From a virus, in IMG/VR virus record IMGVR_UViG_3300045988_179268, positions 96,001-160,000 of that record: DNA of 64,000 nt, one strand, 5' to 3'. The notes below the pieces were generated by a model. That model was not told where the DNA came from, ran no database searches, and saw nothing but the letters and a program-made list of their open reading frames with translations. Shown here one piece after another: positions 20,266-30,755 of this stretch; within the stretch, counting starts at the first letter, position 1; each line of letters starts with the position of its first letter. The translations under genes were made by a program, and so were the position numbers.

Positions 20266-21492
20266 ATGTCCACGAAGATTACCCTCACCGCAACTATTCA
20301 GAACGTATCTACTGCCCTCAAATGGATTCTTGACATGAGGGCTACAAGTGTTACCCTCACCATCGACCCCGACAACAACAAAGCGGAGTTCCGCCACACC
20401 AGTAAAATGGGTGAGCTAATCCCCGGATACCGTGAGCACCCTATCACATGCGAAAAAATTACCGGCGACAGGAAAGTGTCTGTCTACCTCGACAGTCCCG
20501 ACCAGCTGAGCAAGGCATTGAAACTTGCAAACATCGAGAAGACCGATAATAAGCTGTGTACTATTATTGTGAAGCTTACGGACACTGGCTCTGTGGATTC
20601 AGTGAAGATGACCGCAGGCGCGAACAATGCAGTGTTGGACACGTCTAAGCTTTCTCGTTCAAAGAAGCCGCATATCTCTGTTATTGGGTCTGTGCCTAGT
20701 TCCAATATTAATAACAGCATCAGGATTGCGCGTTCTATTAACTATAGGGATGACCCGTCTGGTCGATACGTTATTTTTAAGCTCAATGAGGAAAACCAGC
20801 TTGAGGTGATGACTTCCGCTAGTGTGCCTATGAACTCGGTGGCGCTTATCTACACGGCTCCATTCATTGCGCCTCTAAGCAACACGGACGAAGGGTTGGC
20901 GGCAACAGAAAACCTCAAAGTTGGTATTTCCATCACGCCAGAGCTTCATAACTTCACCGCTGAGCACACTGAGCTTATTTGCGGCTCCAACGAGAACTTC
21001 CTCGCCTTTGGATTCCGAGACACGGAGACTGGCGCTATCGCCCTCTACACTGACCGTGACGTTAAGCCGGAAGCAATTCAGTCGTTCAGGTCATTCTTCA
21101 CGAAGCTGAGCTCCCTTGAGCTTTCCCGTCAGCTGGAGATTGACATGGGGCACCTCAAGGAAACCCTTCTCACTATGTCCTCTGTTAATAACGATGTAAC
21201 GGAAGCAGACATTGACATGTTGGAGGACGGAAAAGTCCTTGTCCGTCTGGGTGACTGGGTGACGGAACTTACTGCAACAAATAAGGATGAGTCTCCAAAG
21301 GCGATTACTGCCCGAGTAGACTACCGCGCCTTCACTCAGTTTGTGACTGCAAGGACTGGCAGGACAGCAACTATTGGATTCCAGCCTACACCGCCCAGCC
21401 CAAGTACAGCCGACCTTGCTATTCATACATCAGATGACGGTGGCGGACACCTCTTCGTTGTAAGCCAGTGCCACAAGGTACAGGATAAGTAG
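20266..21492 (+). CDS. hypothetical protein (size and position compatible with a sliding-clamp-like fold; unproven)
   Basis: 408 aa. Strong RBS AAGGAGAAC. Alternating beta-like pattern. No diagnostic motif. Confidence 0.5.
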   Translation: MSTKITLTATIQNVSTALKWILDMRATSVTLTIDPDNNKAEFRHTSKMGELIPGYREHPITCEKITGDRKVSVYLDSPDQLSKALKLANIEKTDNKLCTIIVKLTDTGSVDSVKMTAGANNAVLDTSKLSRSKKPHISVIGSVPSSNINNSIRIARSINYRDDPSGRYVIFKLNEENQLEVMTSASVPMNSVALIYTAPFIAPLSNTDEGLAATENLKVGISITPELHNFTAEHTELICGSNENFLAFGFRDTETGAIALYTDRDVKPEAIQSFRSFFTKLSSLELSRQLEIDMGHLKETLLTMSSVNNDVTEADIDMLEDGKVLVRLGDWVTELTATNKDESPKAITARVDYRAFTQFVTARTGRTATIGFQPTPPSPSTADLAIHTSDDGGGHLFVVSQCHKVQDK

Positions 21493-21526
21493 CTCATATA
21501 AGATGCTTTAGGCACCAAGGGATAAG

Positions 21527-22174
21527 ATGACAGCAAATTATAACTATCTGCCAATCATTATCCCTTGGTGCCTTTTCCTTATTAGTGCATTCACTCAGCC
21601 CCCAGAATGGCTGAAACCTCGAAATAAAGCACGTAAACTATGGGTGCAAGCCCACCTGCTTGCCGTTTTACCCGCCACTATAATTGCCGTAGCTTTACAA
21701 ACCCACCCCTGGTATGCCAATAATATTCCAGCTACAGCAGGTGCTTCAATTCTCACCTACATGTACATCCAATCATCTTGGACAGATATGCAGTACCGCA
21801 AAGCAAGCGAATCACACCTTATGCATGGGTGGGCGCTATTTGTTGTTACAGCCGCCCTATACCATGATGCTAACACAGTAGCGTCTTCATTAGCCGCCCT
21901 ATTCCTAACGGCTTTAATGCGCCGATGGTGGGCTGGAGATGCCACGGCACTATGTGTCGCCGTAACCTGCGTTTCCCCAATCCTCATGGCGAACCCTGAC
22001 TCAATGGTAGCGTTTGGGGCATCAATGCTTTTTGTGGTCATTACTGCGCTAATCACGGCGGTACTTTCTTCAAGCAAAAAGCCGATTAAAATACCTCTAA
22101 TACCCATTGCACTTGCGCCTTTCTTGCTCATGCCTGCGATATATATGCTCACCCCTGCTATGGTTCAAGCGTAA
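21527..22174 (+). CDS. polytopic membrane protein, A24 prepilin-peptidase-like (CpaA/TadV-type) candidate
   Basis: ~6 TM helices. Two candidate catalytic Asp contexts: SWTDMQYRK, and WWAGDATAL (compare GxGDxKL). C-terminal IPLIPIALAPF. Confidence 0.4.
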   Translation: MTANYNYLPIIIPWCLFLISAFTQPPEWLKPRNKARKLWVQAHLLAVLPATIIAVALQTHPWYANNIPATAGASILTYMYIQSSWTDMQYRKASESHLMHGWALFVVTAALYHDANTVASSLAALFLTALMRRWWAGDATALCVAVTCVSPILMANPDSMVAFGASMLFVVITALITAVLSSSKKPIKIPLIPIALAPFLLMPAIYMLTPAMVQA

Positions 22175-22207
22175 ATATGCTAACCCGCTAGTAAGGACGT
22201 GCAACGC

Positions 22208-23113
22208 ATGGTCGAAGTGCCCACCGAAGAAATTGAAGTTGTTAGCAATGGTGATACGGCAGATACCGTAGAGCTTTTTCATAAAGGGGAAGAGCTTACC
22301 GCTGACGACGGCGCAAAACTAACCAAAGCCATCTCTGCAACTTCCGAAGCGCTATGGAGGCTCCTATATCTCGCGCACAGTTCAGAAGTTTACAAGAAGC
22401 AGGGCTTTAAAACGTGGAAAGAATACATTGAAAAGAACTTTAGTGGTTCTTTATCCTCAGCCAATGCTTTAGTGACGCAGGGCGCTGTTATTGAAGGAAT
22501 CACGCAAGCCGCCCCCGAGGGTGTAGACATTCACATCACTCAGGCTCAAGCGCGGAACCTGAAAAAGGTTATTGAAGAAGTTGCCGCTGTAGTTGCTGAA
22601 CGCACAGCAGGTAAAACCGCCGAAGAAGCCGAAGAAATTATCCGCGAAACAGTGGATGAAAAGCTGGAAGAAATTAACGCCGCAAAGGAAGCTGAGAAGG
22701 CGAAAAAAGCCGAAGAGCAAAAGAAAATTGAGGCGGAACAGCAAATGTATGAAGCCGCCGCAACAGAAATTATCCGCCAAGCCGAAGCTGAACATGGCAT
22801 CTACACGGTAGACGGCATAGACGGTGACTCATCCGAAGAACCTGAATACGAATACACCCTGGACGAAGAAGACGACTACGCGCTAGAAGCTGAGACTGAA
22901 CATAAGGCGAAAGCCCTAAAGAACCTTTACACCACTATTGGTAAAGCAAGCTCATTGCCAGACGGTAAAGAAGCGCTAGAACTCATACCGCATGAAAGAG
23001 TCACCAAGACCCACACGGAATTGTCTGAGCTTGAACAGAAAATCCACGACATCATCGTAGCGATTGAAAGCCGCTATGGTAACAGTATCCTGCGCAACAC
23101 TATGAGCAACTAA
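22208..23113 (+). CDS. hypothetical protein with HTH-like N-terminal region and acidic coiled coil
   Basis: KQGFKTWKEYIEKNFSGSLSSANALVTQG resembles ParB/KorB-type HTH contexts only loosely. E/K-rich coiled coil. Confidence 0.45.
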   Translation: MVEVPTEEIEVVSNGDTADTVELFHKGEELTADDGAKLTKAISATSEALWRLLYLAHSSEVYKKQGFKTWKEYIEKNFSGSLSSANALVTQGAVIEGITQAAPEGVDIHITQAQARNLKKVIEEVAAVVAERTAGKTAEEAEEIIRETVDEKLEEINAAKEAEKAKKAEEQKKIEAEQQMYEAAATEIIRQAEAEHGIYTVDGIDGDSSEEPEYEYTLDEEDDYALEAETEHKAKALKNLYTTIGKASSLPDGKEALELIPHERVTKTHTELSELEQKIHDIIVAIESRYGNSILRNTMSN

Positions 23114-23130
23114 CTAGAGGAGAACCCAAT

Positions 23131-24120
23131 ATGCCACGCATGAACTTTGGTGGGGATAAGCCCGCTGGACGTTACGGTAACCTGTTCAGCAACATGGGGT
23201 CCTATGCGGAAAGTGAAACTCCAGTAGAAGAAGTAATTGAAACGGTTGCTGAGGAAACGGTTGAGCCAGCGGCACCACCTGCGCCTCAAGCAGTACCCAC
23301 AGTAGAAGTAGAGATGCAACAAACCGCTGAGGAGGTGGAAGCTACCGAGGAACAGGTTCTAGCGGCACTGCAAAGCAAGCTGAACGCCCCCACCTCGACT
23401 ACCCCGGAAGATGAAGCCCCCGAACCATTAGACACGGTGGACGAAGAAGAGGAAACCGAGTTTGAAGCTGAACCATCACCTGCTAACGAAGAAGATGCCA
23501 TTGAAACTACATATGGCTATGACCCAGGTGTAGCAGACGAAGATGAAGGCGGAGTTAGCTACACTGCACCCGAAGAGCCTATCTCATCTACCAGCTTTGA
23601 CGAAAGCGATGAAGAAGCTACCATTGCAGAGGTGCCAGGCGAACTTGTAGACGCAGACGAAGAAGCTTCTGAGTCACCCATGACGGAACCTTCGGAGGCA
23701 CCTATCACTCATGGCGTGGTTGCTCTTATTGTTAGCCTCTACGAAGCAATCAGCCCCCTAGAGTCAAACGAGCTAGAGGCTCTTAATATTCTTCTAGGCA
23801 ACCATACGGATACCAGGGTTGTTGAAATCATCGAGAGTATCATTAGTGATACTGACCAAACTAAGAGTCTACTTGATACTGTGGCTCAGCTTTCCGCTGT
23901 AGACACCAGTGACAGCACTAAAGCCGCCGTAAGGTACACCATGCTACTGTTCCGTTATGACGAAACAACTCTTAGGAACCTTGCAACAATACTTGGAGTA
24001 GACGGGCTAGGTGACGACGCAAGCACCGAGGATATTGTCGAAACCCTGGCAACAACTCTTGCAAGCACTCCCGCCGCCGTATTCAACGTCGCGAAAACTA
24101 TTAACAGCATCATTCCATAA
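23131..24120 (+). CDS. highly acidic, partly disordered protein
   Basis: 329 aa with a long E/D/T/P-rich N-terminal half and a structured C-terminal third. Confidence 0.55.
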   Translation: MPRMNFGGDKPAGRYGNLFSNMGSYAESETPVEEVIETVAEETVEPAAPPAPQAVPTVEVEMQQTAEEVEATEEQVLAALQSKLNAPTSTTPEDEAPEPLDTVDEEEETEFEAEPSPANEEDAIETTYGYDPGVADEDEGGVSYTAPEEPISSTSFDESDEEATIAEVPGELVDADEEASESPMTEPSEAPITHGVVALIVSLYEAISPLESNELEALNILLGNHTDTRVVEIIESIISDTDQTKSLLDTVAQLSAVDTSDSTKAAVRYTMLLFRYDETTLRNLATILGVDGLGDDASTEDIVETLATTLASTPAAVFNVAKTINSIIP

Positions 24121-24134
24121 AAACCCTTTTAAAA

Positions 24135-24179
24135 TATGGGGACAGTAACCAGTAGGAAACTTGGTTACTGTCCCCATAT
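24135..24179 (+). terminator. rho-independent terminator
   Basis: 17-bp stem atatggggacagtaacc / ggttactgtccccatat. Confidence 0.7.
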
Positions 24180-24180
24180 T

Positions 24181-24189
24181 TGGTACAAT
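24181..24189 (+). promoter_or_regulatory. extended -10 promoter (TGgTACAAT) for recG-like gene
   Basis: tggtacaat lies immediately after the terminator, 47 nt before ATG 24236. Confidence 0.5.
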
Positions 24190-24235
24190 AGAAGGAGTTT
24201 TTTATTACCATAAAGCAGAGCAAAACGGAGCGATT

Positions 24236-26962
24236 ATGACGTTAGAAATTCCCAAAAACTTACCCACCGTGAACCCTGCAACACTTATGCCATACGATGT
24301 CTATGTAGTCATAGACGGAACCGACATTCATCTCACCGCGTCTTCGAATCATAACTTCACAGGTGCGGAATTTCTGCGTTCACTCTACCGCCGTGCATAC
24401 ACTTCCGAAACTATGCGTGTCACCACTAGCGGAACCATCATCACACTCAGCACCACGGCTCTGCACGCCCCAACCATGCACGCACTGGCTGAGCTACTGA
24501 GCTACACGCTGTCAATCCCCGCTATTCGACTAACGGGCGACTCTAAAGCGTTATATAACGTGATGCCCTGGAAGGCGGCGGCTTTCTACGCACCCTCAAC
24601 TACAGAAAAGCATGGCGCAAGCTTCTTCAAAATTGCGCCTCTAAGCCCTCGGGGTGTCAATGATGAGACATTTAAGTATCTGCGTCACCTTGGAGGCTGG
24701 AAATCCGCTGACGATAATACGTGGCGCGTCCCCATGAATAAAATATTTAAGTTCATCCAGAGCAATACTCCCGGCGAACGCGGCATTGCAATTACCCGTT
24801 CCCTAGCAAGCCTGCTAGTGGAACCAATTGGTGCGCCATTTGACGGAAACGTACTCAGCCTCAAAGATACCCCCATTAGCGCACTGCATTTCGCTAAGTA
24901 TGACACACGCCCACAGAATAGTAAGCGCGAAAAAGGTAAAACCCTCGCGGAAAGCCTCACGTCCTTTGGGTATAAGACCATTTTTGATGTTCTATACAAT
25001 CTGCCTCGTAGGTACCTCGACCTCAGCAACCCTGTAACCTCACTGCGTGGACTCGACGCAGGGGAAAACGCATACATTGTTGGTCGAGTTAGCAACTGGC
25101 ACCCTATGAAAGAAAAGAAGGGTGCATGGTGTACCATTAAGACCTCTGAGAGGAACATTAAGGTAGCTTTTTGGGGTCCATACCAGTGGCGAGAAAAGAA
25201 ATTCCCCGTAAGCACGGAAGTTATCGTTGGGGGAAAGGTTACTTTCTACAATGGTCTAACTCTGACCGCTGACTTTATCGACACCCTAGATGTGTCATCG
25301 ACAGACAACCCGTATGTCCCTATCTATGCGCAGTCGCCCGCCCGAGGCATCATGACGAACCTCATCTCAAACCTTGTGCGTGAAGCCTTGACTCGCCTCA
25401 CCATCGACGGAAACCCTGGCATTGAGCAGAACGACTATTGGGCTACTGAAACGCTCCCTGATGGCATCCTGCCCATCAATGAAGCTTTGATGCGCCTACA
25501 CTTCCCTGAAAAAGAAGATGACGTTGTTGAAGCAATCGACTCTTTAGCTTGGTACGAACTTGTGCTTATGCAAGTTATTGTGAAAACCTCTGCCGCCGCT
25601 GGCAAAGATGCAAAAGGCATCAAAAACTCAGGGCGAAAAAGTAACTACGCTCAGCAAGTTATTCAAGGGCTACCATACACCCTGACGAATGACCAGCAGA
25701 CCGCCTACAAAACGCTAACGGAACGCATGGGGGAAAGCGCCCCTATGGATGCGCTACTATCTGCTGACGTGGGCGCAGGCAAGACTATCATCCAGATTTT
25801 AGCCGCACTCACCGCTGTAGATTCGGGGAGACAGGCTGTAATTGTTGCGCCTACAGAGATTCTGGCGCGCCAAATTTATGCCGCCGCGCAGACTGCAATA
25901 GGTGAAGTTGAGGGCTGTGAGCCACTGTACCTGTCTGGCTCAATGAAAGCGGCAGAACGTAAGCAAGCTATCCAAGACATTAAAGACGGAACCGCAAAGC
26001 TGATTATAGGTACCCACACCCTTCTAAACGCAACAGAGTTTCACGATTTAGGGTTTGTGTGCTTTGACGAACAGCAAAAATTTGGCGTAGAACAGCGTGA
26101 CCGACTGCTCAGCGTCCGCCCAGACGGAGCTATCCCCGATTTTCTCCTGGCAACTGCAACACCTATCCCGCGAACCATCGCGCAAATTGAATACGGCGAA
26201 GTGGACTTCATTCAGATGCAAGAAAAGCCTGCTGGTCGTAAGCCTGTCGAAACGGAATGGGTGGAATCTAAATATGACCACCTACTCCATCACCCTAAGC
26301 ACGCCGTATGGCACGACTTGAACAAGGAAATCAAAGCAGGGCACCAAGCATTCATTGTCGCCCCCCTGGTGGAAGAGAATAATGACTTGGAAGCACCCAG
26401 CGTTAAAGAACTTGCAAAAGACCTGCATGGAGTACTCCCCAAGGCTAAAATTGGTGTCCTACACGGCAAAATGAAACCTAAGGAACAAGAAGAAGCAATG
26501 AACTCTTTCCGCTCAGGCGAGACAGACGTTCTTGTCGCATCCACCATCGTAGAAGTCGGCGTAGACGTACCTAACGCTACACGCATCGTCATCATGGGTG
26601 CTGAACGGCTAGGTGCATCATCTCTACACCAGCTAAGAGGACGTGTCGGACGTAGCGACCTTCACGCGAAGTGCTGGCTTGTCAGCCCAGCAGAAACCAA
26701 AAGTGCCCAAGCGCGCATGGAAGCCCTAGTGAACTATGATGACGGATTCACCATCGCAGAAGCAGACACTGACACACGTGGTGAAGGTGACATTCTCACC
26801 AGCACACAGCACGGCATCACCCGCAACAGGTTCCTGCGTCTCAGCAAACACCGCCACATCATCCCTAGCGCCATTGAACACGCGGAAGCTATTGTATCTA
26901 ACCCAGAATACCGTGCCGAAGCACTGCATGACGCAAAAAAGTTCTTTAGCGATATGCACTAG
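24236..26962 (+). CDS. recG: RecG-like branched-DNA helicase
   Basis: Wedge/OB-like segment, then DVGAGKT, DEQQKFGV, TATPIPRT, VEVGVDVPNAT and QLRGRVGR. Start moved to ATG 24236 (after GGAG) because 24161-24235 covers the terminator and promoter. Confidence 0.9.
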   Translation: MTLEIPKNLPTVNPATLMPYDVYVVIDGTDIHLTASSNHNFTGAEFLRSLYRRAYTSETMRVTTSGTIITLSTTALHAPTMHALAELLSYTLSIPAIRLTGDSKALYNVMPWKAAAFYAPSTTEKHGASFFKIAPLSPRGVNDETFKYLRHLGGWKSADDNTWRVPMNKIFKFIQSNTPGERGIAITRSLASLLVEPIGAPFDGNVLSLKDTPISALHFAKYDTRPQNSKREKGKTLAESLTSFGYKTIFDVLYNLPRRYLDLSNPVTSLRGLDAGENAYIVGRVSNWHPMKEKKGAWCTIKTSERNIKVAFWGPYQWREKKFPVSTEVIVGGKVTFYNGLTLTADFIDTLDVSSTDNPYVPIYAQSPARGIMTNLISNLVREALTRLTIDGNPGIEQNDYWATETLPDGILPINEALMRLHFPEKEDDVVEAIDSLAWYELVLMQVIVKTSAAAGKDAKGIKNSGRKSNYAQQVIQGLPYTLTNDQQTAYKTLTERMGESAPMDALLSADVGAGKTIIQILAALTAVDSGRQAVIVAPTEILARQIYAAAQTAIGEVEGCEPLYLSGSMKAAERKQAIQDIKDGTAKLIIGTHTLLNATEFHDLGFVCFDEQQKFGVEQRDRLLSVRPDGAIPDFLLATATPIPRTIAQIEYGEVDFIQMQEKPAGRKPVETEWVESKYDHLLHHPKHAVWHDLNKEIKAGHQAFIVAPLVEENNDLEAPSVKELAKDLHGVLPKAKIGVLHGKMKPKEQEEAMNSFRSGETDVLVASTIVEVGVDVPNATRIVIMGAERLGASSLHQLRGRVGRSDLHAKCWLVSPAETKSAQARMEALVNYDDGFTIAEADTDTRGEGDILTSTQHGITRNRFLRLSKHRHIIPSAIEHAEAIVSNPEYRAEALHDAKKFFSDMH

Positions 26963-26989
26963 AAGTAACTACCTGCAAGGAGACAAACA

Positions 26990-27688
26990 ATGGGGAAACT
27001 AGCAGAACGCCTTCAAGATTTTGGAGACTACCTAGACCAGAACCTTGAAGACAGAGGGCGAACACACCTTAGCTTCATCAAAGCAACATGGAACACTAAG
27101 GACAAAAAACAAATCCTCACGTGGGTGACCATCCTCATAGTAGGGCTTATCGCCGGAGTAGCAGTTGATTTAACGTTACCCAACATCCTACTAGTCACTA
27201 TCCCTAAATGGGTGTTTATCGGCGCGCCTGTCATGTACACCGGCGGCACATTAACATACCTTGCCGCATATGCAACAGGTCAGTGGCTCACAGATAAAAC
27301 CGGCGGACAGTGGGTGCCCGTAAAGATGCAACCTTGGGCAAGTCCCAGGCTTAGATTATGGGCAGTAGTCATGTTTGCTGTACTAATGACCGTATGGGTG
27401 TTCTATGCGGCGGCGGCAGACAACCCCTTATGGACTTTCAACGGCTTCCTCCCCATCACATTCATGCTGACCTTCACCTCATTCCTACTAAGGACAGAGG
27501 ACGAAAAAGAAGCTGAATCGTTCGGGATTAGAGACGAGCGAACCCGCGAACATGACGAAGCCGCGAAAAAACGTGCAGAAAAAATAGCTGAACGAAAAGA
27601 AAAAGCGAAAGCTAAAGCCGCTAAACGAGGCTCCTTCACCGACAGGTTGTTAGGAAATCAACCTAACAAAAACACATCAGCAGAATAA
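26990..27688 (+). CDS. membrane protein with basic C-terminal tail
   Basis: 4-5 TM helices, then an EKEAESF..KKRAEKIAERKEKAKAKAAKR tail. Confidence 0.55.
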   Translation: MGKLAERLQDFGDYLDQNLEDRGRTHLSFIKATWNTKDKKQILTWVTILIVGLIAGVAVDLTLPNILLVTIPKWVFIGAPVMYTGGTLTYLAAYATGQWLTDKTGGQWVPVKMQPWASPRLRLWAVVMFAVLMTVWVFYAAAADNPLWTFNGFLPITFMLTFTSFLLRTEDEKEAESFGIRDERTREHDEAAKKRAEKIAERKEKAKAKAAKRGSFTDRLLGNQPNKNTSAE

Positions 27689-27698
27689 ATCTAAGCAA

Positions 27699-27747
27699 TA
27701 TAGCGAGGCACCCCACATGTTTTGAGTTGTGGGGTGCCTCGCTATAG
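27699..27747 (+). terminator. rho-independent terminator
   Basis: 19-bp stem tatagcgaggcaccccaca / tgtggggtgcctcgctata. Confidence 0.8.
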
Positions 27748-27796
27748 AAATACTATACACTCCCTAAACTAACCTAAACGCTAAAGGAGAACTAAG

Positions 27797-28711
27797 TTGT
27801 CCCCACCTGAACATGTTTGCTGGACGCACGGGATTACCCAAACCGTCGGTGAACAAGACGACGCGCTGATGGGTCAGGCACACGCCTCAACAGGATTAGC
27901 CGCTTTCCTAGCTTTCCTAGCTTTCGCAGGGAGTGGCGCTGTGAATCTAGTCCTTGGAAATGAGCCTAGCATGGGGCAATACGTGCTTTCAGCCGTAGCG
28001 TTTGTCGCCGGGGCGTTAATTCCAGACTTCGATAACACGTCATCGACAGCGAAGTCGTCTATGGGGATCTTTGGCGGGCCTATCACCTTCGCATTCCGTG
28101 AAAGTTCCAGACTTGTACAGACCATTCATACGAAGCAAGATGCCAAATCCCGCGCTAAGGCACACGATGTCGTACACCGTGGTTTCTGGCACTCGCTGGT
28201 GGGCGCTGTAGCCTTAGCACTTATTGTAAATTTCCTAACGAGTAACCCTCTAATGACGGCAATCACGCTTCCACTCGGGTTTCTAGGAATCGGAAATCTT
28301 GGTGCCCTCATTGCCGCCGTGATTTGCTTAGCGGCGTTACATATCGCAGTTTCAGGTCTTAACCTCGGTGCGTTAAAGGCGGCGAAAAGCACTAAAAATC
28401 TTGGCTCAACGCTCATGTTCTTAGTGTCCGTGGCAGTGACGCTGATGTTCTTTAACAGCATCCCCGCTGGGCAGTACGTGTGGCTAGGATATAGTCTTGG
28501 TATAGGCGCTGTCGTCCATATTATTGGTGACGCATTCACCAAGGCAGGAGTCCCGTTATTCTCCCCAATTATTCCACGCAAAGGTAAATTATGGTACACC
28601 TACAGGTTCGCAACCTTCGAAGCTAAAAGTGAAGCCCTTAATAGTGGCGTGCTGTGGGGGAGTGTCGCAGTCATAGTCATATCGACCCTCATACTACTAC
28701 AACGACTCTAG
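27797..28711 (+). CDS. YdjM/DUF457-like membrane-bound metal-dependent hydrolase
   Basis: Motifs LIPDFDN, HRGFWHSL and HIIGDAFTKAGVPLFSP within a polytopic membrane protein. TTG start follows AAGGAGAAC. Confidence 0.65.
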   Translation: MSPPEHVCWTHGITQTVGEQDDALMGQAHASTGLAAFLAFLAFAGSGAVNLVLGNEPSMGQYVLSAVAFVAGALIPDFDNTSSTAKSSMGIFGGPITFAFRESSRLVQTIHTKQDAKSRAKAHDVVHRGFWHSLVGAVALALIVNFLTSNPLMTAITLPLGFLGIGNLGALIAAVICLAALHIAVSGLNLGALKAAKSTKNLGSTLMFLVSVAVTLMFFNSIPAGQYVWLGYSLGIGAVVHIIGDAFTKAGVPLFSPIIPRKGKLWYTYRFATFEAKSEALNSGVLWGSVAVIVISTLILLQRL

Positions 28712-28721
28712 GAGTATAAAG

Positions 28722-29210
28722 ATGAACCTTTTCACCAGCGTTATTCTCATTGCTATTACCGTAGCGTCACTTGCATCAGCGTACATTGCCGCCAAGAAGC
28801 TAAACCGCCTCAACGAGGCGCTAGAACTTATCGCGGAGCTGGACGTTTCCATCAACCTATTCATGTGGAAAATTTCAGATAAGGCAGAGAAGAACCTCCC
28901 CTCTGACCCTGACGAGGATGGTAACTACCCAGCGTGGTACACCCTTGCAAACTACCCGTATAGCGCAGGTGGTTCTAGTACTTACGCCCTACACAAGAAC
29001 GCAGTACACACCGTACTGCTGTCCATTAACGATGAGCATCTAACGGGCGACGCTAAGCGTAAGTATGATGAAGAAATCGCACCAGTTATCTTGCAATTCA
29101 AAGAGCAAGTTGAACGTCGCGACCAGCTTGCGCTAGAACTATCGCAAGACCCAGTGATTAGCCGCTTTGTGAAGCATCTGCCTAAGCCCCTCATGCCTCA
29201 GGCGTACTAA
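28722..29210 (+). CDS. membrane-anchored hypothetical protein
   Basis: N-terminal TM LFTSVILIAITVASLASAYIAA, then a soluble domain. Confidence 0.5.
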   Translation: MNLFTSVILIAITVASLASAYIAAKKLNRLNEALELIAELDVSINLFMWKISDKAEKNLPSDPDEDGNYPAWYTLANYPYSAGGSSTYALHKNAVHTVLLSINDEHLTGDAKRKYDEEIAPVILQFKEQVERRDQLALELSQDPVISRFVKHLPKPLMPQAY

Positions 29211-29241
29211 GCGGTAAAGCTTTTACTTAAGGAACGGATAC

Positions 29242-29862
29242 ATGGCGCAAGCACCTAAAAACAGCGCGAAATCATCAGATAATAAGCCTCCTGCAAGAGC
29301 CTACTATACAGACTATATTGACCCGACAGACGTGGAAGCCGCCCTAGGCCGAAACCCTGACTTAGTGCTATTCTCGGAGATGTCCAAACTTGCACGAAGC
29401 AACGCCATCCGCAAGTTTAAACGCTCCCAAGCAATTAACAAGGAAGCGGTTCTTGACCTCGCTAGGTTGCTCAAATCTGGTGCGCCTGTCCTGTATAACA
29501 CTCGAAAGAAACGTATCGAGATTCCGATTTCAGCGTCCAAAGTTCGAAGCACAGGGCATAGCAACGTCACTATCAGTACAGACCTGACTAAAGCAGGTGG
29601 GTTAGAAGCCGCCGCATCTATCTACCTCTCACATTTGCAAGAGTCGTACACTCCGGCAGAACTTGCTGAGTTCAAAGCTCAGCAAAAAGCTGAGCAGGAA
29701 GCCGCCGCTAAACTTACACAGGCTGAGCTTGAAGCAATCGACAATGCGGAATACGAGCATTGGCTGGGTCTTGAACGTAGCGCAGACGGAGGCGCAGACC
29801 TCATCGCACTTGTTAAAGAAGCACGTCAAGAAGGAAAAGAATATCAGGAGGCAATTAAATAA
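29242..29862 (+). CDS. hypothetical protein
   Basis: 206-aa ORF with an E/A/K-rich C-terminal helix. Confidence 0.5.
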   Translation: MAQAPKNSAKSSDNKPPARAYYTDYIDPTDVEAALGRNPDLVLFSEMSKLARSNAIRKFKRSQAINKEAVLDLARLLKSGAPVLYNTRKKRIEIPISASKVRSTGHSNVTISTDLTKAGGLEAAASIYLSHLQESYTPAELAEFKAQQKAEQEAAAKLTQAELEAIDNAEYEHWLGLERSADGGADLIALVKEARQEGKEYQEAIK

Positions 29863-30002
29863 TGGATGGGTTTCAGAACATCATCATTTTCCTGTTTGCT
29901 CTCGTGGTTGTAGCCGCTGTAGGTATCTTGACCCCCTTTGGGCGTGAAATCCTGCACAATTTCCTCATGTTTCTACAAGGGGTTCAGGTCGGAAATTCTT
30001 AA
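29862..30002 (+). CDS. 46-aa small membrane protein (below the ORF-track cutoff)
   Basis: The ATG overlaps the previous stop (TAATG). MDGFQNIIIFLFALVVVAAVGILTPFGREILHNFLMFLQGVQVGNS. Followed by a terminator. Confidence 0.4.
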   Translation: MDGFQNIIIFLFALVVVAAVGILTPFGREILHNFLMFLQGVQVGNS

Positions 30003-30016
30003 AATTTAGTATTATT

Positions 30017-30057
30017 TAGCACGCCGGGCGGCACCAAAAAGACTGCCCGGCGTGCTA
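30017..30057 (+). terminator. rho-independent terminator
   Basis: 13-bp GC-rich stem tagcacgccgggc / gcccggcgtgcta. Confidence 0.75.
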
Positions 30058-30107
30058 TCATTATGGGGTACTAGTGACCTGAATCTATCAAGAAAGCGGA
30101 ATACCGA

Positions 30108-30734
30108 ATGCGCGTATCTATCCAGGGATATGAAGCCCCTGTCTACCAGCCATACAACGGCGACGGCTCCCATAACGCCGCCGCCGGACATGCATCAACA
30201 GCACTCTACACGGGCAATGATATTGAGCGTAAAGTGTTTGAAGTGTTGCCTGATGAGTTGAAAGAAGCAGACACATTCCCAGATGAAACCGTCTACTGCA
30301 TCACCAACGCTTTCATCCAGATTATCGCAGAACTGCAACTTGCCTACCAGTTCTACCTTAATGAAACTCACGCACTTCCCATCACTACAGAACAGCAACG
30401 CGGGTTTAAGACCTCAGTATCTAACATGCGAGTCCAAGCAGTTGTTCGTCAAACTCAGGAACTTTTCTACCCACTGACCTACGACATTATTGAGCCACAC
30501 ATTGTGGAGCATGATATGGAAGCTATCACTGATTGGGTGCAGAAAATTAAGTCACGCGCGAACGTTGCTCTCGGCAGGATAGCCCAGAATTTCAGCCACA
30601 CATTTGCTGGTGTCCCAAGCCCACCCGAAGGGTACTATGTAGGTGAGGATGCTGAACACTATGAAACATTCGTGCAGGGCGAAAATAGCCACGACTATGC
30701 TCCCGTAGAAATCATCTCCCTCAACGCCTTATAA
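30108..30734 (+). CDS. hypothetical protein
   Basis: 208-aa ORF. No motif recognised. Confidence 0.5.
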   Translation: MRVSIQGYEAPVYQPYNGDGSHNAAAGHASTALYTGNDIERKVFEVLPDELKEADTFPDETVYCITNAFIQIIAELQLAYQFYLNETHALPITTEQQRGFKTSVSNMRVQAVVRQTQELFYPLTYDIIEPHIVEHDMEAITDWVQKIKSRANVALGRIAQNFSHTFAGVPSPPEGYYVGEDAEHYETFVQGENSHDYAPVEIISLNAL

Positions 30735-30755
30735 TCAGATAGAAAGACAACACAT

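Noticed and set aside
30052-30261. ORF 30052-30261.
   Set aside because: It starts inside the terminator stem at 30045-30057 and overlaps, out of frame, the better-supported 30108..30734.
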